Below, one piece after another: positions 1-8,923 of a DNA stretch of 32,000 nucleotides (its first letter is position 1; each line of letters opens with the position of its first letter). Under the pieces are notes generated by a model. That model was not told where the DNA came from and did not search any database. It was given only the letters and a program-made list of their open reading frames with translations. This DNA comes from Candidatus Methanoperedens sp. (GTDB lineage: Archaea; Halobacteriota; Methanosarcinia; Methanosarcinales; Methanoperedenaceae), in contig JBGQBI010000003.1 of assembly GCA_041494705.1 (NCBI GenBank), positions 240,001 to 272,000 of the forward strand, in the 5' to 3' direction. A program made the position numbers and the translations under genes.

Positions 1-1525
1 TGAGAATACCTGCAAAAGGAAGATGAAGGTAGTCTATCACGCCGTCTTTTGCAAGCACTATGCCCCCCTGCAATTCCCGGAGCTTGTTCGCGCAGAGCGC
101 CATGTCTTCAAAATTCGTGCCCGCAAGGATGACATTATGCGAGTCATGGGCAATACTCTGCCCTATCGCGCCTTCTTTCAGGTTAAAGCCCCTTACAAAT
201 CCCCTGCCAAGGTTTCCCGACTTGCCGTGCCTTTCTATCACAGCGATGGCAAGAATGTCGCGCTCTATGTCAGGCATAACGGTCTCTCTGTCGGTTTTTA
301 ATTCCCCGATACTCCTGTTTGTAATAAGCTGACCCGGCACGAGCTCAATGATATGGGCAAAAATCGTCTTTTTCCTAGATTTGAGCTTCAGGTCGTCCGG
401 TTCTATTTTTTTATATTTCACTGTCCTGAAGACATAACCGGGGTATTCGATTCCCTCTATTTTTGGTTTCATCCTGCCGCGTACCATCACATTTTTTATC
501 TCAAACTTATGCAGGTCATCAAGTATTACAAGGTTTGCCCGCCTGCCGATGCTTATCGAGCCCACGAGCTGGTCTATCCTGTAATGGCGCGCCGTGTTGA
601 TGGAAGCCATGGAAATCGCCTGAAGCGGGTCCAATCCAAGTTTGATTGCAGCCCTGACTATGACGTCCATGTGCCCTTTTATGAGGTCGGCAGGATGTTT
701 GTCGTCTGTAACGAAGAAAAAGTTTTCAAGCGAGATACTATCGCGAATCAATCCCGGGATAAATTCCTGAAGGCTTTTTGCAGCCGAACCTTCGCGTATC
801 ATGACCTTCATGCCAAGGCGCGCCTTTTCAAGCGCCTCATCGTATGTTATGGATTCGTGGTCGCTTGAGATGCCGGCGCTCATGTACCCGAACAATTCCT
901 TACCACGGACGCCGGGACAGTGACCGTCCACAACGAGTTTTCTTTCAAGGGCGGCGGCAATCATCGCAAGTTTTTCAGGATTCCCGCGAAGGATTCCGGG
1001 GTAATCCATTACCTCCCCAAGCCCGACAACGAATTTCTTATCAAGGAATTTTTTAATCTCCAGAAGACCCAGTTTTGCCCCCGATGTTTCAAGAGGGCTG
1101 GAGGGCACGCATGACGAAAGCGTAATAAAAACATCGATAGGCAGCCTTTTTGCCTCCTGCATGACAAGCTTGATACCTTTTATGCCCAGGATATTTGCAA
1201 TCTCATGCGGGTCGATGACGATTCCCGTTGTCCCGTGGAGGATGGATTGTTTTGCAAATTGTGTAAGCGTCACCATGCTTGACTCAAAATGCACATGCCC
1301 GTCGATTAAGCCGGGGCATACAAAGGCATTTTTTAAATCAAGTATCTCTGTTTTCCCGCCAGTCAGCCCATCCACATCGCCTATACCGGAGATGAAACCT
1401 GAGCTTATTGCTATATCGCCTTTTATAATCTCTTTTGTGTTTACGTTTACAATCCTGCAGTTTTTAAGTACGGTGTCAGCCTTAAGCTTGCCTTCCCCCG
1501 CGAAAACCCTCTCTCTCAAGAACAT
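1..1525 (-). CDS. ade: Adenine deaminase; the N-terminus is complete and the C-terminus runs off the window edge
   Basis: This gene is absent from the ORF track because it has no stop inside the window. My manual minus-strand translation from the ATG at 1525 stays open to base 1. It reads MFLRERVF..CPGLIDGHVHFESSM..GLGEVMDYPG..DGHCPG..SDHES..MIREGSAAK..FVTDDKHPADL..ERHGKSGNLGRGFVRGFNL..GQSIAHDSHN, the amidohydrolase motif series of adenine deaminases. The plus-strand ORFs at 23-1568 are antisense shadows. Confidence 0.85.
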   Translation of the reverse strand, partial: MFLRERVFAGEGKLKADTVLKNCRIVNVNTKEIIKGDIAISSGFISGIGDVDGLTGGKTEILDLKNAFVCPGLIDGHVHFESSMVTLTQFAKQSILHGTTGIVIDPHEIANILGIKGIKLVMQEAKRLPIDVFITLSSCVPSSPLETSGAKLGLLEIKKFLDKKFVVGLGEVMDYPGILRGNPEKLAMIAAALERKLVVDGHCPGVRGKELFGYMSAGISSDHESITYDEALEKARLGMKVMIREGSAAKSLQEFIPGLIRDSISLENFFFVTDDKHPADLIKGHMDVIVRAAIKLGLDPLQAISMASINTARHYRIDQLVGSISIGRRANLVILDDLHKFEIKNVMVRGRMKPKIEGIEYPGYVFRTVKYKKIEPDDLKLKSRKKTIFAHIIELVPGQLITNRSIGELKTDRETVMPDIERDILAIAVIERHGKSGNLGRGFVRGFNLKEGAIGQSIAHDSHNVILAGTNFEDMALCANKLRELQGGIVLAKDGVIDYLHLPFAGIL

Positions 1526-1626
1526 AATATTGTATTGTCCTCTATTACTAAAAAAGTTCGCTGCTTGACCTGTGATCCCAGTCGAATCAGGAAAGAATAT
1601 GTATTACAATAAACCATCTACAATAC

Positions 1627-2292
1627 ATGGAAAAACCCGGGGACAAATTCAAATGCTACCTTGTAAGCTGGAAAGAGTCTTACAGGCTGGCAAAAGTCCT
1701 GGCGCGTAAGATTAAAAGTTCTGGGTTCAAGCCTGACCTTGTAATAGGTATAGCAAGAGGAGGACTTGTCCCGGCGCGTGTTGTTTGTGACTTTCTTCTC
1801 CAGAAAGACCTTGCCGCAGTAAAAATCGAACACTGGGGAATTGCGGCAACGCTCGGAAAAGCCAGGATAAAGTTCCCTCTTCCTGTGGATATATCAGGAA
1901 AAAATGTATTGATAGTGGACGATGTGGTAGATACCGGGGATACATATGCCGTGCTTATGGATTATTTGAAGGAAAAGAATCCTTCGGAGGTAAGGACTGG
2001 AGTACTGCATTATAAAACCTGTTCGACCAGCATCCCGGATTACTGGGCTGAGAAGCAGGATAAATGGGAATGGATAATATATCCCTGGGCTGTTTATGAG
2101 GATTTGACAGGTTTTATTATAAAAGTCCTGACCGGACCCATGACGCTTCCTGATATCAAAAAAGGCCTGGTGGACGATTATAACATAAAGATTTCAAAAA
2201 AAGACCTTCTGGAAATATTGAATGATATGCATGCAGAAGGAAAAATCCGCAAATTAAAAAAAGGGAAAAAGGAAAACCTGTGGGTTTCCTGA
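1627..2292 (+). CDS. Purine phosphoribosyltransferase (Hpt/Gpt-like) with a C-terminal extension
   Basis: The PRPP-binding motif VLIVDDVVDTGDT and the upstream GIARGGLVPARV loop are present. The gene is divergent from adenine deaminase, which fits purine salvage. Confidence 0.75.
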   Translation: MEKPGDKFKCYLVSWKESYRLAKVLARKIKSSGFKPDLVIGIARGGLVPARVVCDFLLQKDLAAVKIEHWGIAATLGKARIKFPLPVDISGKNVLIVDDVVDTGDTYAVLMDYLKEKNPSEVRTGVLHYKTCSTSIPDYWAEKQDKWEWIIYPWAVYEDLTGFIIKVLTGPMTLPDIKKGLVDDYNIKISKKDLLEILNDMHAEGKIRKLKKGKKENLWVS

Positions 2293-2323
2293 ATATATCT
2301 TAACCAACCGCAGTTTTGCACTA

Positions 2324-2848
2324 TCAACGTGAACCGAATCTTTCACGGGAAACAAGTTCATCGAGGTTTTTCCTCTCAGAAACCCTTGTTTTATTTACCG
2401 GATGACCGAGAGCGACCACAGCCATTAATTCATGCGATTCCGGCGCTCCAAGGACTTCATTGACTTTCTCTTTATTTTTCAATATCTCACCAAGCCATAC
2501 CCCACCGAGCCCCATCGAATGAATCGCAAGCAGCATATTCTGGATGCAGGCTCCTATGGATTGGACATCCTTTATGTAATTATACATGTGGTATTTATCA
2601 AGGAAAACCACTATCAGTACAGGTGCATTTTTTATGGTCGGACCATATTCAGTGAGTACTGATAGAGCCGCTTTTGTGTCAGGATTTCTCACAATAATAA
2701 ACCGCCATGCCTGGTTATTTAATCCTGAAGGCGCCCATCTCCCGGCTTCTAAAATCTCTTCAATTGTATCATTGCTTATGTCCGTTTCAGTGAAACCACG
2801 AACGCTGCGGCGAGTCTTGATCGCCTCAATGGTTTCCACGATTATCAC
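2324..2848 (-). CDS. Nitroreductase family (FMN-dependent) oxidoreductase
   Basis: The N-terminal IKTRRSVRGF motif, APSGLNNQAWRF, and the typical length of about 170 aa support the call. Confidence 0.8.
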   Translation of the reverse strand: MIIVETIEAIKTRRSVRGFTETDISNDTIEEILEAGRWAPSGLNNQAWRFIIVRNPDTKAALSVLTEYGPTIKNAPVLIVVFLDKYHMYNYIKDVQSIGACIQNMLLAIHSMGLGGVWLGEILKNKEKVNEVLGAPESHELMAVVALGHPVNKTRVSERKNLDELVSRERFGSR

Positions 2849-3183
2849 ACGTACATTTGTGGGTCAGGCGGCTGTGATTGTAACATCGGGATGAGGTTTT
2901 CAAGCGATAAAGGAAATATCACGGTTATTTCTTCACCGCATTCAGGGCATTTTTTTGATAGTTGAAGGGGCGTGACATTGACGGTTTCATCATATACTGA
3001 TTCGGATATAAACGGGCTCAAAACAGGGACAGGCTGTCCAAAATTGAACTCTCCCCCGGCCAGGAATTCAAAGTAACTTATATTATCCGAATAACCGCAT
3101 TTGCAGCGAATTTCAATTTTGTTTTTTAAGAACTTATTATACCTGTTTTTCTGCGATAATGAAATGATTGTTTCTTTCATCAT
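2845..3183 (-). CDS. Hypothetical small protein with split zinc-ribbon cysteines (CKCG ... CPECG)
   Basis: The ORF overlaps the downstream nitroreductase start by 4 nt, suggesting translational coupling. I recognise no family. Confidence 0.5.
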   Translation of the reverse strand: MMKETIISLSQKNRYNKFLKNKIEIRCKCGYSDNISYFEFLAGGEFNFGQPVPVLSPFISESVYDETVNVTPLQLSKKCPECGEEITVIFPLSLENLIPMLQSQPPDPQMYV

Positions 3184-3204
3184 ACTAAGATTAACCTTCT
3201 TGTA

Positions 3205-3801
3205 CTAAATTCCTTCGGATTTTTTTTCAAGATAATAAAATGTTAAAGAACATGTTATTATGGAAAGGGCAATAGTCACCAACGAAACAATTTTGATGTT
3301 TTCCTCAGGGATAATGGGATGCGTACCTATGACATAATCAAAAAAGTCAGATACCATGAAAAAGGTAAATATCAATAAGTACCGGCCGAGGTTTAACTTT
3401 TTCATCTCTTTTAAAAGGGTCATTGCAACAAGAATCATTCCAACGTGCAGTAACACGATAACAAAGCGGAAAGCCCTTGTTTCAGGAGAAAAATAATAAT
3501 CATAATTCAGGAATAAAACAAAGAGCGTCCATATGCCCACTTTAGCGAGGCCGATAAAAGTGAACGCATCAAATGTATCGGAGCGCAAACCGGATGAATA
3601 AAAAAGCAAAACCAGAACATACATAAACGTGAAAAAGGGGCTGTCGGGCACGAAAAACCATAAATAGACTGGTGTTATTTCAAATTGTCCCAGGTAATAA
3701 TAAAAACCAAAAAGCGTTCCGATGATGCAGGAAATCAAAACAACAAGTCTGGCTCTTCGTTCCTTTTTAAACCATAAGAAGAAATCTAATGTTCCGGTCA
3801 T
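3205..3801 (-). CDS. Polytopic membrane protein, possibly DUF1405-like
   Basis: About six hydrophobic helices and an FVPDSPFF motif are present. The family assignment is from memory only. Confidence 0.55.
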   Translation of the reverse strand: MTGTLDFFLWFKKERRARLVVLISCIIGTLFGFYYYLGQFEITPVYLWFFVPDSPFFTFMYVLVLLFYSSGLRSDTFDAFTFIGLAKVGIWTLFVLFLNYDYYFSPETRAFRFVIVLLHVGMILVAMTLLKEMKKLNLGRYLLIFTFFMVSDFFDYVIGTHPIIPEENIKIVSLVTIALSIITCSLTFYYLEKKSEGI

Positions 3802-4292
3802 GATTCTATTCCATTTTTCAATGGCCGCGCTGGCACGCCGCCCACAAACCCGGATACATCGCTGTTCACAAGAGACTGTGCTGAAACAACGCTGCCGTCT
3901 GCGATAGTGACCCCGGGAAGTATGGTGGTATTCGCTCCGATTGTTACGTTTTTTCCTATAACGACATTTCCTGTCCTGTACTCACCGACCAGGAATTCAT
4001 GGCACAGGATTGTGGAATTAAAGCCAATGATGCTGTTTTCCCCAATATCAATGAGTTCGGGGAAAAACACATCCATGTTCACTTCAAGCCCCACCGACAC
4101 ATGCTCGCCTACCTTTATGCCCATAGCTGAATAAAGAAAGTTTTTCAATCGGAGGGAAGGCGAGATGCGGGCGAGGGACATGCAGATGTAATTGAACGCG
4201 ACCTTGAAAGGAGAGACTATGTCTTCCCAGTACCAGAGGGAGTTGTGGACGCCTTTTGAGCTGTATGTTTTTAGATTACGCATTAAGCTCAT
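3798..4292 (-). CDS. Left-handed beta-helix (hexapeptide repeat) acyl/acetyltransferase
   Basis: Hexapeptide repeats are visible: IGENSIIGFNSTI, VVIGKNVTIGANTTILPGVTIADGSVV. The ORF overlaps the downstream membrane protein gene by 4 nt. Confidence 0.75.
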   Translation of the reverse strand: MSLMRNLKTYSSKGVHNSLWYWEDIVSPFKVAFNYICMSLARISPSLRLKNFLYSAMGIKVGEHVSVGLEVNMDVFFPELIDIGENSIIGFNSTILCHEFLVGEYRTGNVVIGKNVTIGANTTILPGVTIADGSVVSAQSLVNSDVSGFVGGVPARPLKNGIES

Positions 4293-4390
4293 AGATGAGC
4301 TTACAGATAAAAAATTTTTGCATCAATGAAGCTGAATAAGTAAAGATAGCTTTGTCAACTTTATTAAAATGAGCCCGGATAAGGATAATC

Positions 4391-4460
4391 AACCACGGAG
4401 GACACAGAGAGCACAGAGCGTAGTTGTTTTTACTCTGTGTCCTCTGTGCACTCTGTGGTT
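4391..4460. repeat. Composite inverted repeat: CACAGAG-type units on the left arm and three CTCTGTG units on the right arm around a 16 nt loop
   Basis: Read directly as aaccacGGAGgaCACAGAGagCACAGAGcgtagttgtttttaCTCTGTGtcCTCTGTGcaCTCTGTGGtt. It lies in the divergent intergenic region between the acyltransferase gene and tgtA. Confidence 0.8.
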
Positions 4461-4558
4461 TATAGAATATTATCAGATGTTATGTGGAAGACTATATTAT
4501 ATTCTATTTAACGGACAACCTCATCCTAATATACTCCTCCATCATAATTTAGCCAATC

Positions 4559-5995
4559 ATGCCCCCAATCTTCGAAATAACCCACAAAGCCTGCGCCGGC
4601 AGAATCGGGCGCCTTGAGACCCGCCACGGGATTGTGGAAACGCCCACAATCATGCCAGTGGTCAATCCCAATATCCAGACCATCAAGCCATCTGAACTTC
4701 GAAAATTCGGCGCAGAGATTATTATCACGAATTCTTATATCATTTACCGAAAAGCCGAGCTCAGGGAGCGCGCCCGCAGCGAGGGGCTGCAGTCCCTTAT
4801 CGGTTTTGACGGCCCCATAATGACAGATTCGGGTTCCTACCAGTTATCCGTGTATGGTGAGGTGGAAGTAAATAACGCTGAGATAGTGCAATTCCAGCAG
4901 GAAATCGGCTCGGACATCGGCGTACCTCTTGACATACCCACTCCGCCCGATGTCCAGCGCGCTCGCGCTGAGGAAGAGCTTGGAATCACATATATGAGAG
5001 CAAAAGAAGCCCTCGGTTTAAAAAAGGACATGCTGTTAGCCGCGCCAGTGCAGGGTTCGACCTATCCAGAGCTTCGGGAACGGGCTGCGCATGAGCTAAG
5101 CCAGCTTGATTTTGACGTCTATCCGCTTGGGGCTGTTGTGCCACTTATGGAATCATACAGGTATTCAGACCTTGTGGATGTCATCGTGGCGTCCAAAAAA
5201 GGTCTCTCACCCGCAGCGCCGGTGCATCTTTTCGGCGCCGGGCATCCCATGATGTTCTCACTCGCAGTGGCATTGGGCTGCGATTTGTTCGATTCCGCCT
5301 CGTATGCCCTGTATGCCAAGGACGGGCGGTATATGACCGTGCGCGGCACCTATCATGTCGATAACCTCCAGTACCTTCCGTGTTCCTGCCCGGTATGCAT
5401 ATCTCATGATGCCGGTGAACTGATAAATAGCGAAAACCGCGAAGAATTGCTGGCGCGCCATAATCTCTATGTGACTTTTGAAGAAATCAGGGAAGTCAAA
5501 CAGGCGATTAAAGAAGGAAGCCTCTGGGAACTCGTGGAGCAGCGGTGCAGGGCGCATCCGCAGTTGTTAAACGGGCTCAAGCGCGCGCTTCACTATTCTG
5601 ATTGGATAGAGCAAATCCAACCGGTTTCAAATTCAACATTTTTTTACAGTGGACCTGAATCGGCGCTTCGACCAGAGGTGATTCGGTACAGGAAAAAGCT
5701 TAAAAACCTGAAGCTTGAAGGCAGGGTGCTTATCAGGATGCGAAGGCTTGGTAATGAAGATGATTTTGATTGGGTTCTTGATTTTAAACCGCCGTTTGGT
5801 CCTTATCCAATAGAATTGAAGGAAACCCATCCTTTCAACGCTGAAACAACAGATGAACCTGATTATGAATCATTGACAGTCGCGCTTCAGAATACGCTTG
5901 AGTTGATGAAATTAAATCCTGAATCCGAGTTCACGCTCGTATTGGATGATTTACCAGAGCATCCGTTAATGAAGGAAATTAAAAAACTATTATAA
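4559..5995 (+). CDS. tgtA: Archaeosine tRNA-guanine transglycosylase, short form without a PUA domain
   Basis: The N-terminus reads FEITHKACAGRIGRLETRHGIVETPTIMPVVNP. Further motifs are MTDSGSYQ, GAVVPLM and the zinc motif CSCPVC..H. Confidence 0.9.
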   Translation: MPPIFEITHKACAGRIGRLETRHGIVETPTIMPVVNPNIQTIKPSELRKFGAEIIITNSYIIYRKAELRERARSEGLQSLIGFDGPIMTDSGSYQLSVYGEVEVNNAEIVQFQQEIGSDIGVPLDIPTPPDVQRARAEEELGITYMRAKEALGLKKDMLLAAPVQGSTYPELRERAAHELSQLDFDVYPLGAVVPLMESYRYSDLVDVIVASKKGLSPAAPVHLFGAGHPMMFSLAVALGCDLFDSASYALYAKDGRYMTVRGTYHVDNLQYLPCSCPVCISHDAGELINSENREELLARHNLYVTFEEIREVKQAIKEGSLWELVEQRCRAHPQLLNGLKRALHYSDWIEQIQPVSNSTFFYSGPESALRPEVIRYRKKLKNLKLEGRVLIRMRRLGNEDDFDWVLDFKPPFGPYPIELKETHPFNAETTDEPDYESLTVALQNTLELMKLNPESEFTLVLDDLPEHPLMKEIKKLL

Positions 5996-6076
5996 TGCAC
6001 AAATTTCTAAACTTTTGTGCAGTATAATATCCGGATGCGTAGGTCAGGGCGTTCATCAGCGGTTCCATATTTTTAG

Positions 6077-7156
6077 CTATTCAAACAACCTTGCCAGCAG
6101 CCACTGCGGCTCAAACTTCACAAGATCCTTATACGTCTGCCCTACCCCGAGGAACAATATGGGCTTCCCTGTCGTATAAGAAATTGAAATAGCCGCCCCG
6201 CCCTTTGAGTCTGCATCCGCTTTTGTCAGGATGCTGCCGTTAAAAGGCACTGCATTGTTGAACAGCTTTGCCCGTTCAACCGCGTCATTTCCAGCCACAG
6301 CCTCATCCACGAAAATAACAAGGTCAGGCTGGTTCACCCTGCACACCTTCTTTAACTGGTCCATCAGGTTCACGTTCGTGTGCATCCTACCAGCCGTGTC
6401 AGCAAGCACGATATCCTTGTGCTTTGCCTTTGCAAATTGTACTGCGTCGTACACGATAGCCGCAGGGTCAGCGCCTTCCTGGTGTTTGATTATCTTAACG
6501 CCAAGAGCCTCTGCATGCCTGTCTATCTGTTCAATCGCGCCTGCGCGGAATGTGTCGGCGGCGGCAATCACTACCGAATATCCCTGCGCCATGAAACGCT
6601 CTGCCATTTTGGCCACAGTTGTAGTCTTGCCTGTTCCGTTCACACCTACGAAAACAATGCTGACGGGTTTACTGGCTTTCCTGATAAAATCATCAAAATC
6701 AAAAGAGTCAACCGATATTACTTTTAAAATAGCATTTTTAATCGCCGTTTCGACAATTTTCCCGGTATCAGAGCCGATTTTCCTCCGGCTTCCCACAAGT
6801 TCTGTTTTCACAGATTCCACAATTTTCTCAGCCACAGGCAGTGCCACATCGCTCTCAAGAAGCGCTATTTCTAGCTCCCATAAATGGTCTTTCAGGCTGC
6901 CCTCGCCGATAATGAATTCCTGTTCAAGAACCGCCGCTTTAATCTTATCAAAAATGCCGATTTTTTCAGGCGCTTTGGTTCCAGCTTGCTCAGGAGTTTT
7001 GGGAGTCTCTTTTTTAACAGCGACTTCCGTTTTAACGGCTTCAGTCGCTTCAGTCTTAACAGGCTCTGTTTTTATAGCTTCTTTCTCTTTTTCTTCTATT
7101 GCGCCGCCAAGAATCTTTTTAAAACTGCCAAGCTTTTCCTTAAGTTTATCAAACAT
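6077..7156 (-). CDS. ftsY: Signal recognition particle receptor FtsY
   Basis: An SRP GTPase NG domain is present (GVNGTGKTTTVAKMA, DTAGRMH, TKADAD), preceded by an acidic, lysine-rich N-terminal region. Confidence 0.92.
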   Translation of the reverse strand: MFDKLKEKLGSFKKILGGAIEEKEKEAIKTEPVKTEATEAVKTEVAVKKETPKTPEQAGTKAPEKIGIFDKIKAAVLEQEFIIGEGSLKDHLWELEIALLESDVALPVAEKIVESVKTELVGSRRKIGSDTGKIVETAIKNAILKVISVDSFDFDDFIRKASKPVSIVFVGVNGTGKTTTVAKMAERFMAQGYSVVIAAADTFRAGAIEQIDRHAEALGVKIIKHQEGADPAAIVYDAVQFAKAKHKDIVLADTAGRMHTNVNLMDQLKKVCRVNQPDLVIFVDEAVAGNDAVERAKLFNNAVPFNGSILTKADADSKGGAAISISYTTGKPILFLGVGQTYKDLVKFEPQWLLARLFE

Positions 7157-7171
7157 ATTTACGGAAAAAAC

Positions 7172-7621
7172 TTACTGTGCGCGCATGGGCTGCTGCGCCT
7201 GGTGAGCCTGTTGGTGCTTCTGTACAAGCTTCTGGATATTTTGCAATTCCTGCCCGAGTTTTGTGATTGTGCCGTTTAATTGCTCAAGATACTTGTTAAG
7301 CTCCTCTTTTTTCTTTTCAAGGAACGATTTTGCATCGTCAATATTCTTTTCGACGCTCACGCCTGCGCCAACTCCTACAACTACTTTATCCGTGCTGGTG
7401 AGAGTGGCTTTGACAAAAGAGCCGAATCCCACTGGCACAAGGGTTTCTCCTCCTGCAGGTTCGTCTTTTAAAGCTGTAATTGTCGTTAATGCGGTTTCCA
7501 CATCCCTGATGGTCAGTTTTACCATGTTTATCTGCTGGGCCAATGACTCTGCCTGATACTGGTAAACCTCGTGTTTTTCTGACAATTCCGCAAGCTGCTG
7601 TTGGGTTAACGCACCGCTCAT
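7172..7621 (-). CDS. pfdA: Prefoldin alpha subunit
   Basis: The architecture is coiled coil, beta hairpins ([24 protein letters not shown]), coiled coil. The gene sits in the conserved archaeal LX-pfdA-ftsY neighbourhood. Confidence 0.85.
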   Translation of the reverse strand: MSGALTQQQLAELSEKHEVYQYQAESLAQQINMVKLTIRDVETALTTITALKDEPAGGETLVPVGFGSFVKATLTSTDKVVVGVGAGVSVEKNIDDAKSFLEKKKEELNKYLEQLNGTITKLGQELQNIQKLVQKHQQAHQAQQPMRAQ

Positions 7622-7797
7622 TTTGCAACCTCTTCTACGGATTCAATTTTTACCAGGCGGCGTTTAAGTCCGTGTTCACTTCCTATTAAAGAATATGCTT
7701 TTTCCGATGCATTCTTTTTATTCAGACTTGTTATTGTTTTTGTAAATCGTTCCCATTTGAGTCCTGCTTTGAATGTGCCTTTTACCATGAAATTCAT
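7618..7797 (-). CDS. rplX: 50S ribosomal protein LX (L18Ae)
   Basis: The sequence [38 protein letters not shown] is typical of LX. I trimmed the track ORF (7618-7872) to the ATG at 7797, which is preceded by GGTGAT. The gene overlaps pfdA by 4 nt. Confidence 0.75.
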   Translation of the reverse strand: MNFMVKGTFKAGLKWERFTKTITSLNKKNASEKAYSLIGSEHGLKRRLVKIESVEEVAK

Positions 7798-7926
7798 AAT
7801 ATCACCTGAACAGGGGTTCGAGTTGTACTCAATCAGATATATAACTACTGTTATTCCGGGTGACCGTTTCAATAAAAGAGGATATAAGATTAATTATAGA
7901 GCCAAAGAGGTAAAGAAGGATTTTGA

Positions 7927-8772
7927 TTACCTTAAATTTGTTAAGTATTTGCTAATAGATTCTATTTTTTTAACTTCAATTGCGAACTCACCTTGAATTT
8001 TGTGCGTACTATAAAAATTAACTTTTATGTCTTGCTGTAAATAGTGCGCGTTGATAATTTCATAAATCTCTTTAATTTTTTCTGGTTTGGCATTTAAACC
8101 AAAAATAACGCCCTCTAAATCTTCTTTATTAAACTTTTTAGTATAACCTTGCACAAATTTATCCTTCAATATAGGTATCCTATATTCAGTTTCATAATCC
8201 CAATCGGAATATTTTGTTAAGATAAAATCCATTAGTTTTATATATTGTTCTTCATATAACATATTTACTATTTTGGGCTTTTCTTTATCATACTTGACAG
8301 GAAATAAAATATGTGGTATTGAGTCCAATGTTAAAAAATGTCCATTTCCTATTTTGTGTGTCCTAAAACAAAGACATATACCTTCATGATTTTCAGCATA
8401 GTGGCTCCACATTAAAATATTTAATTTTGTAGCACTAAAACAGCATACTCTATGAGGACTTTTTTCGAAAAACTCCTCACCTAATTCATTATTAATTTTG
8501 GTTCGATTTAATATATAAAAATTTTTCTTTCTTTTTATCTTCTTATCCTTTATTAACTGATTAATTTCTGATGGACGACGATTTCTTAACAAATAATTCA
8601 ACCAATCTTCTTTTGTACCTTCAAGTGTTATGTCAATTTTGCAATCAAATGGGTCATTAAAGTTTTCAGGGTCATTAAAATATAACACATTTTTTTTTAG
8701 ATTATCTTTTGTATAATCATCAATTTTCTGATATCTAAAAAATAATTTCTCCTCAGTTTCCTCTTTTTCCAT
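7927..8772 (-). CDS. DUF2971 family protein (function unknown)
   Basis: Motifs are LYFNDPENFNDPFDCK and VCCFS..LNILMWSHYAENHEGICLCF. The gene is strongly AT-rich relative to its neighbours. The track start at 8790 is TTG; I prefer the ATG at 8772. Confidence 0.7.
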   Translation of the reverse strand: MEKEETEEKLFFRYQKIDDYTKDNLKKNVLYFNDPENFNDPFDCKIDITLEGTKEDWLNYLLRNRRPSEINQLIKDKKIKRKKNFYILNRTKINNELGEEFFEKSPHRVCCFSATKLNILMWSHYAENHEGICLCFRTHKIGNGHFLTLDSIPHILFPVKYDKEKPKIVNMLYEEQYIKLMDFILTKYSDWDYETEYRIPILKDKFVQGYTKKFNKEDLEGVIFGLNAKPEKIKEIYEIINAHYLQQDIKVNFYSTHKIQGEFAIEVKKIESISKYLTNLR

Positions 8773-8923
8773 AATGAAACAATAAAGCAAGTTGAATATA
8801 TTTTTTTCTATTGAGGAAATATCAAATTTGTTAATGTTTAATTTTTTGTTAGATTCATTTTCAGGAATGTTTTAATTTACCAACCCCAAATGTAACGGTT
8901 ACTATTCTTGAAAAACCATGAAA

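Noticed and set aside
23-1568. Six plus-strand track ORFs (for example 353-868 and 1161-1568).
   Set aside because: They lie antisense to a continuous, motif-rich adenine deaminase frame on the minus strand. Their products are low-complexity and have no recognisable motifs.
4369-4617. An 82-aa plus-strand ORF upstream of and overlapping the tgtA start.
   Set aside because: It is built largely from the CACAGAG inverted repeat and overlaps tgtA out of frame. I treat the region as non-coding repeat or RNA structure.
4559-5995. The short TgtA (478 aa, no PUA domain) might be a novelty.
   Set aside because: Split or PUA-less TgtA, with the PUA-containing paralogue (ArcS/TgtA2) encoded elsewhere, is a known arrangement in several Euryarchaeota.
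5996-6030. The hairpin gcacaaa-N10-tttgtgc between the convergent tgtA and ftsY genes might be a terminator.
   Set aside because: This is plausible, but archaeal termination relies mainly on oligo-T tracts and the stem is short, so the support is too weak to list it as a feature.
6231-7279. Plus-strand ORFs of 324, 115 and 131 aa.
   Set aside because: They are antisense shadows of ftsY and pfdA. Their Ser/Thr/Ala-rich translations are typical of the reverse frame of a Lys/Glu/Ala-rich gene.
8892-8902. An isolated gtaacggttac palindrome might be a fifteenth copy of the dyad motif.
   Set aside because: Only the GTAACGG half matches, the flanking TTCC/GGAA arms are missing, and a single short hit is expected by chance. 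I mention it but do not count it.
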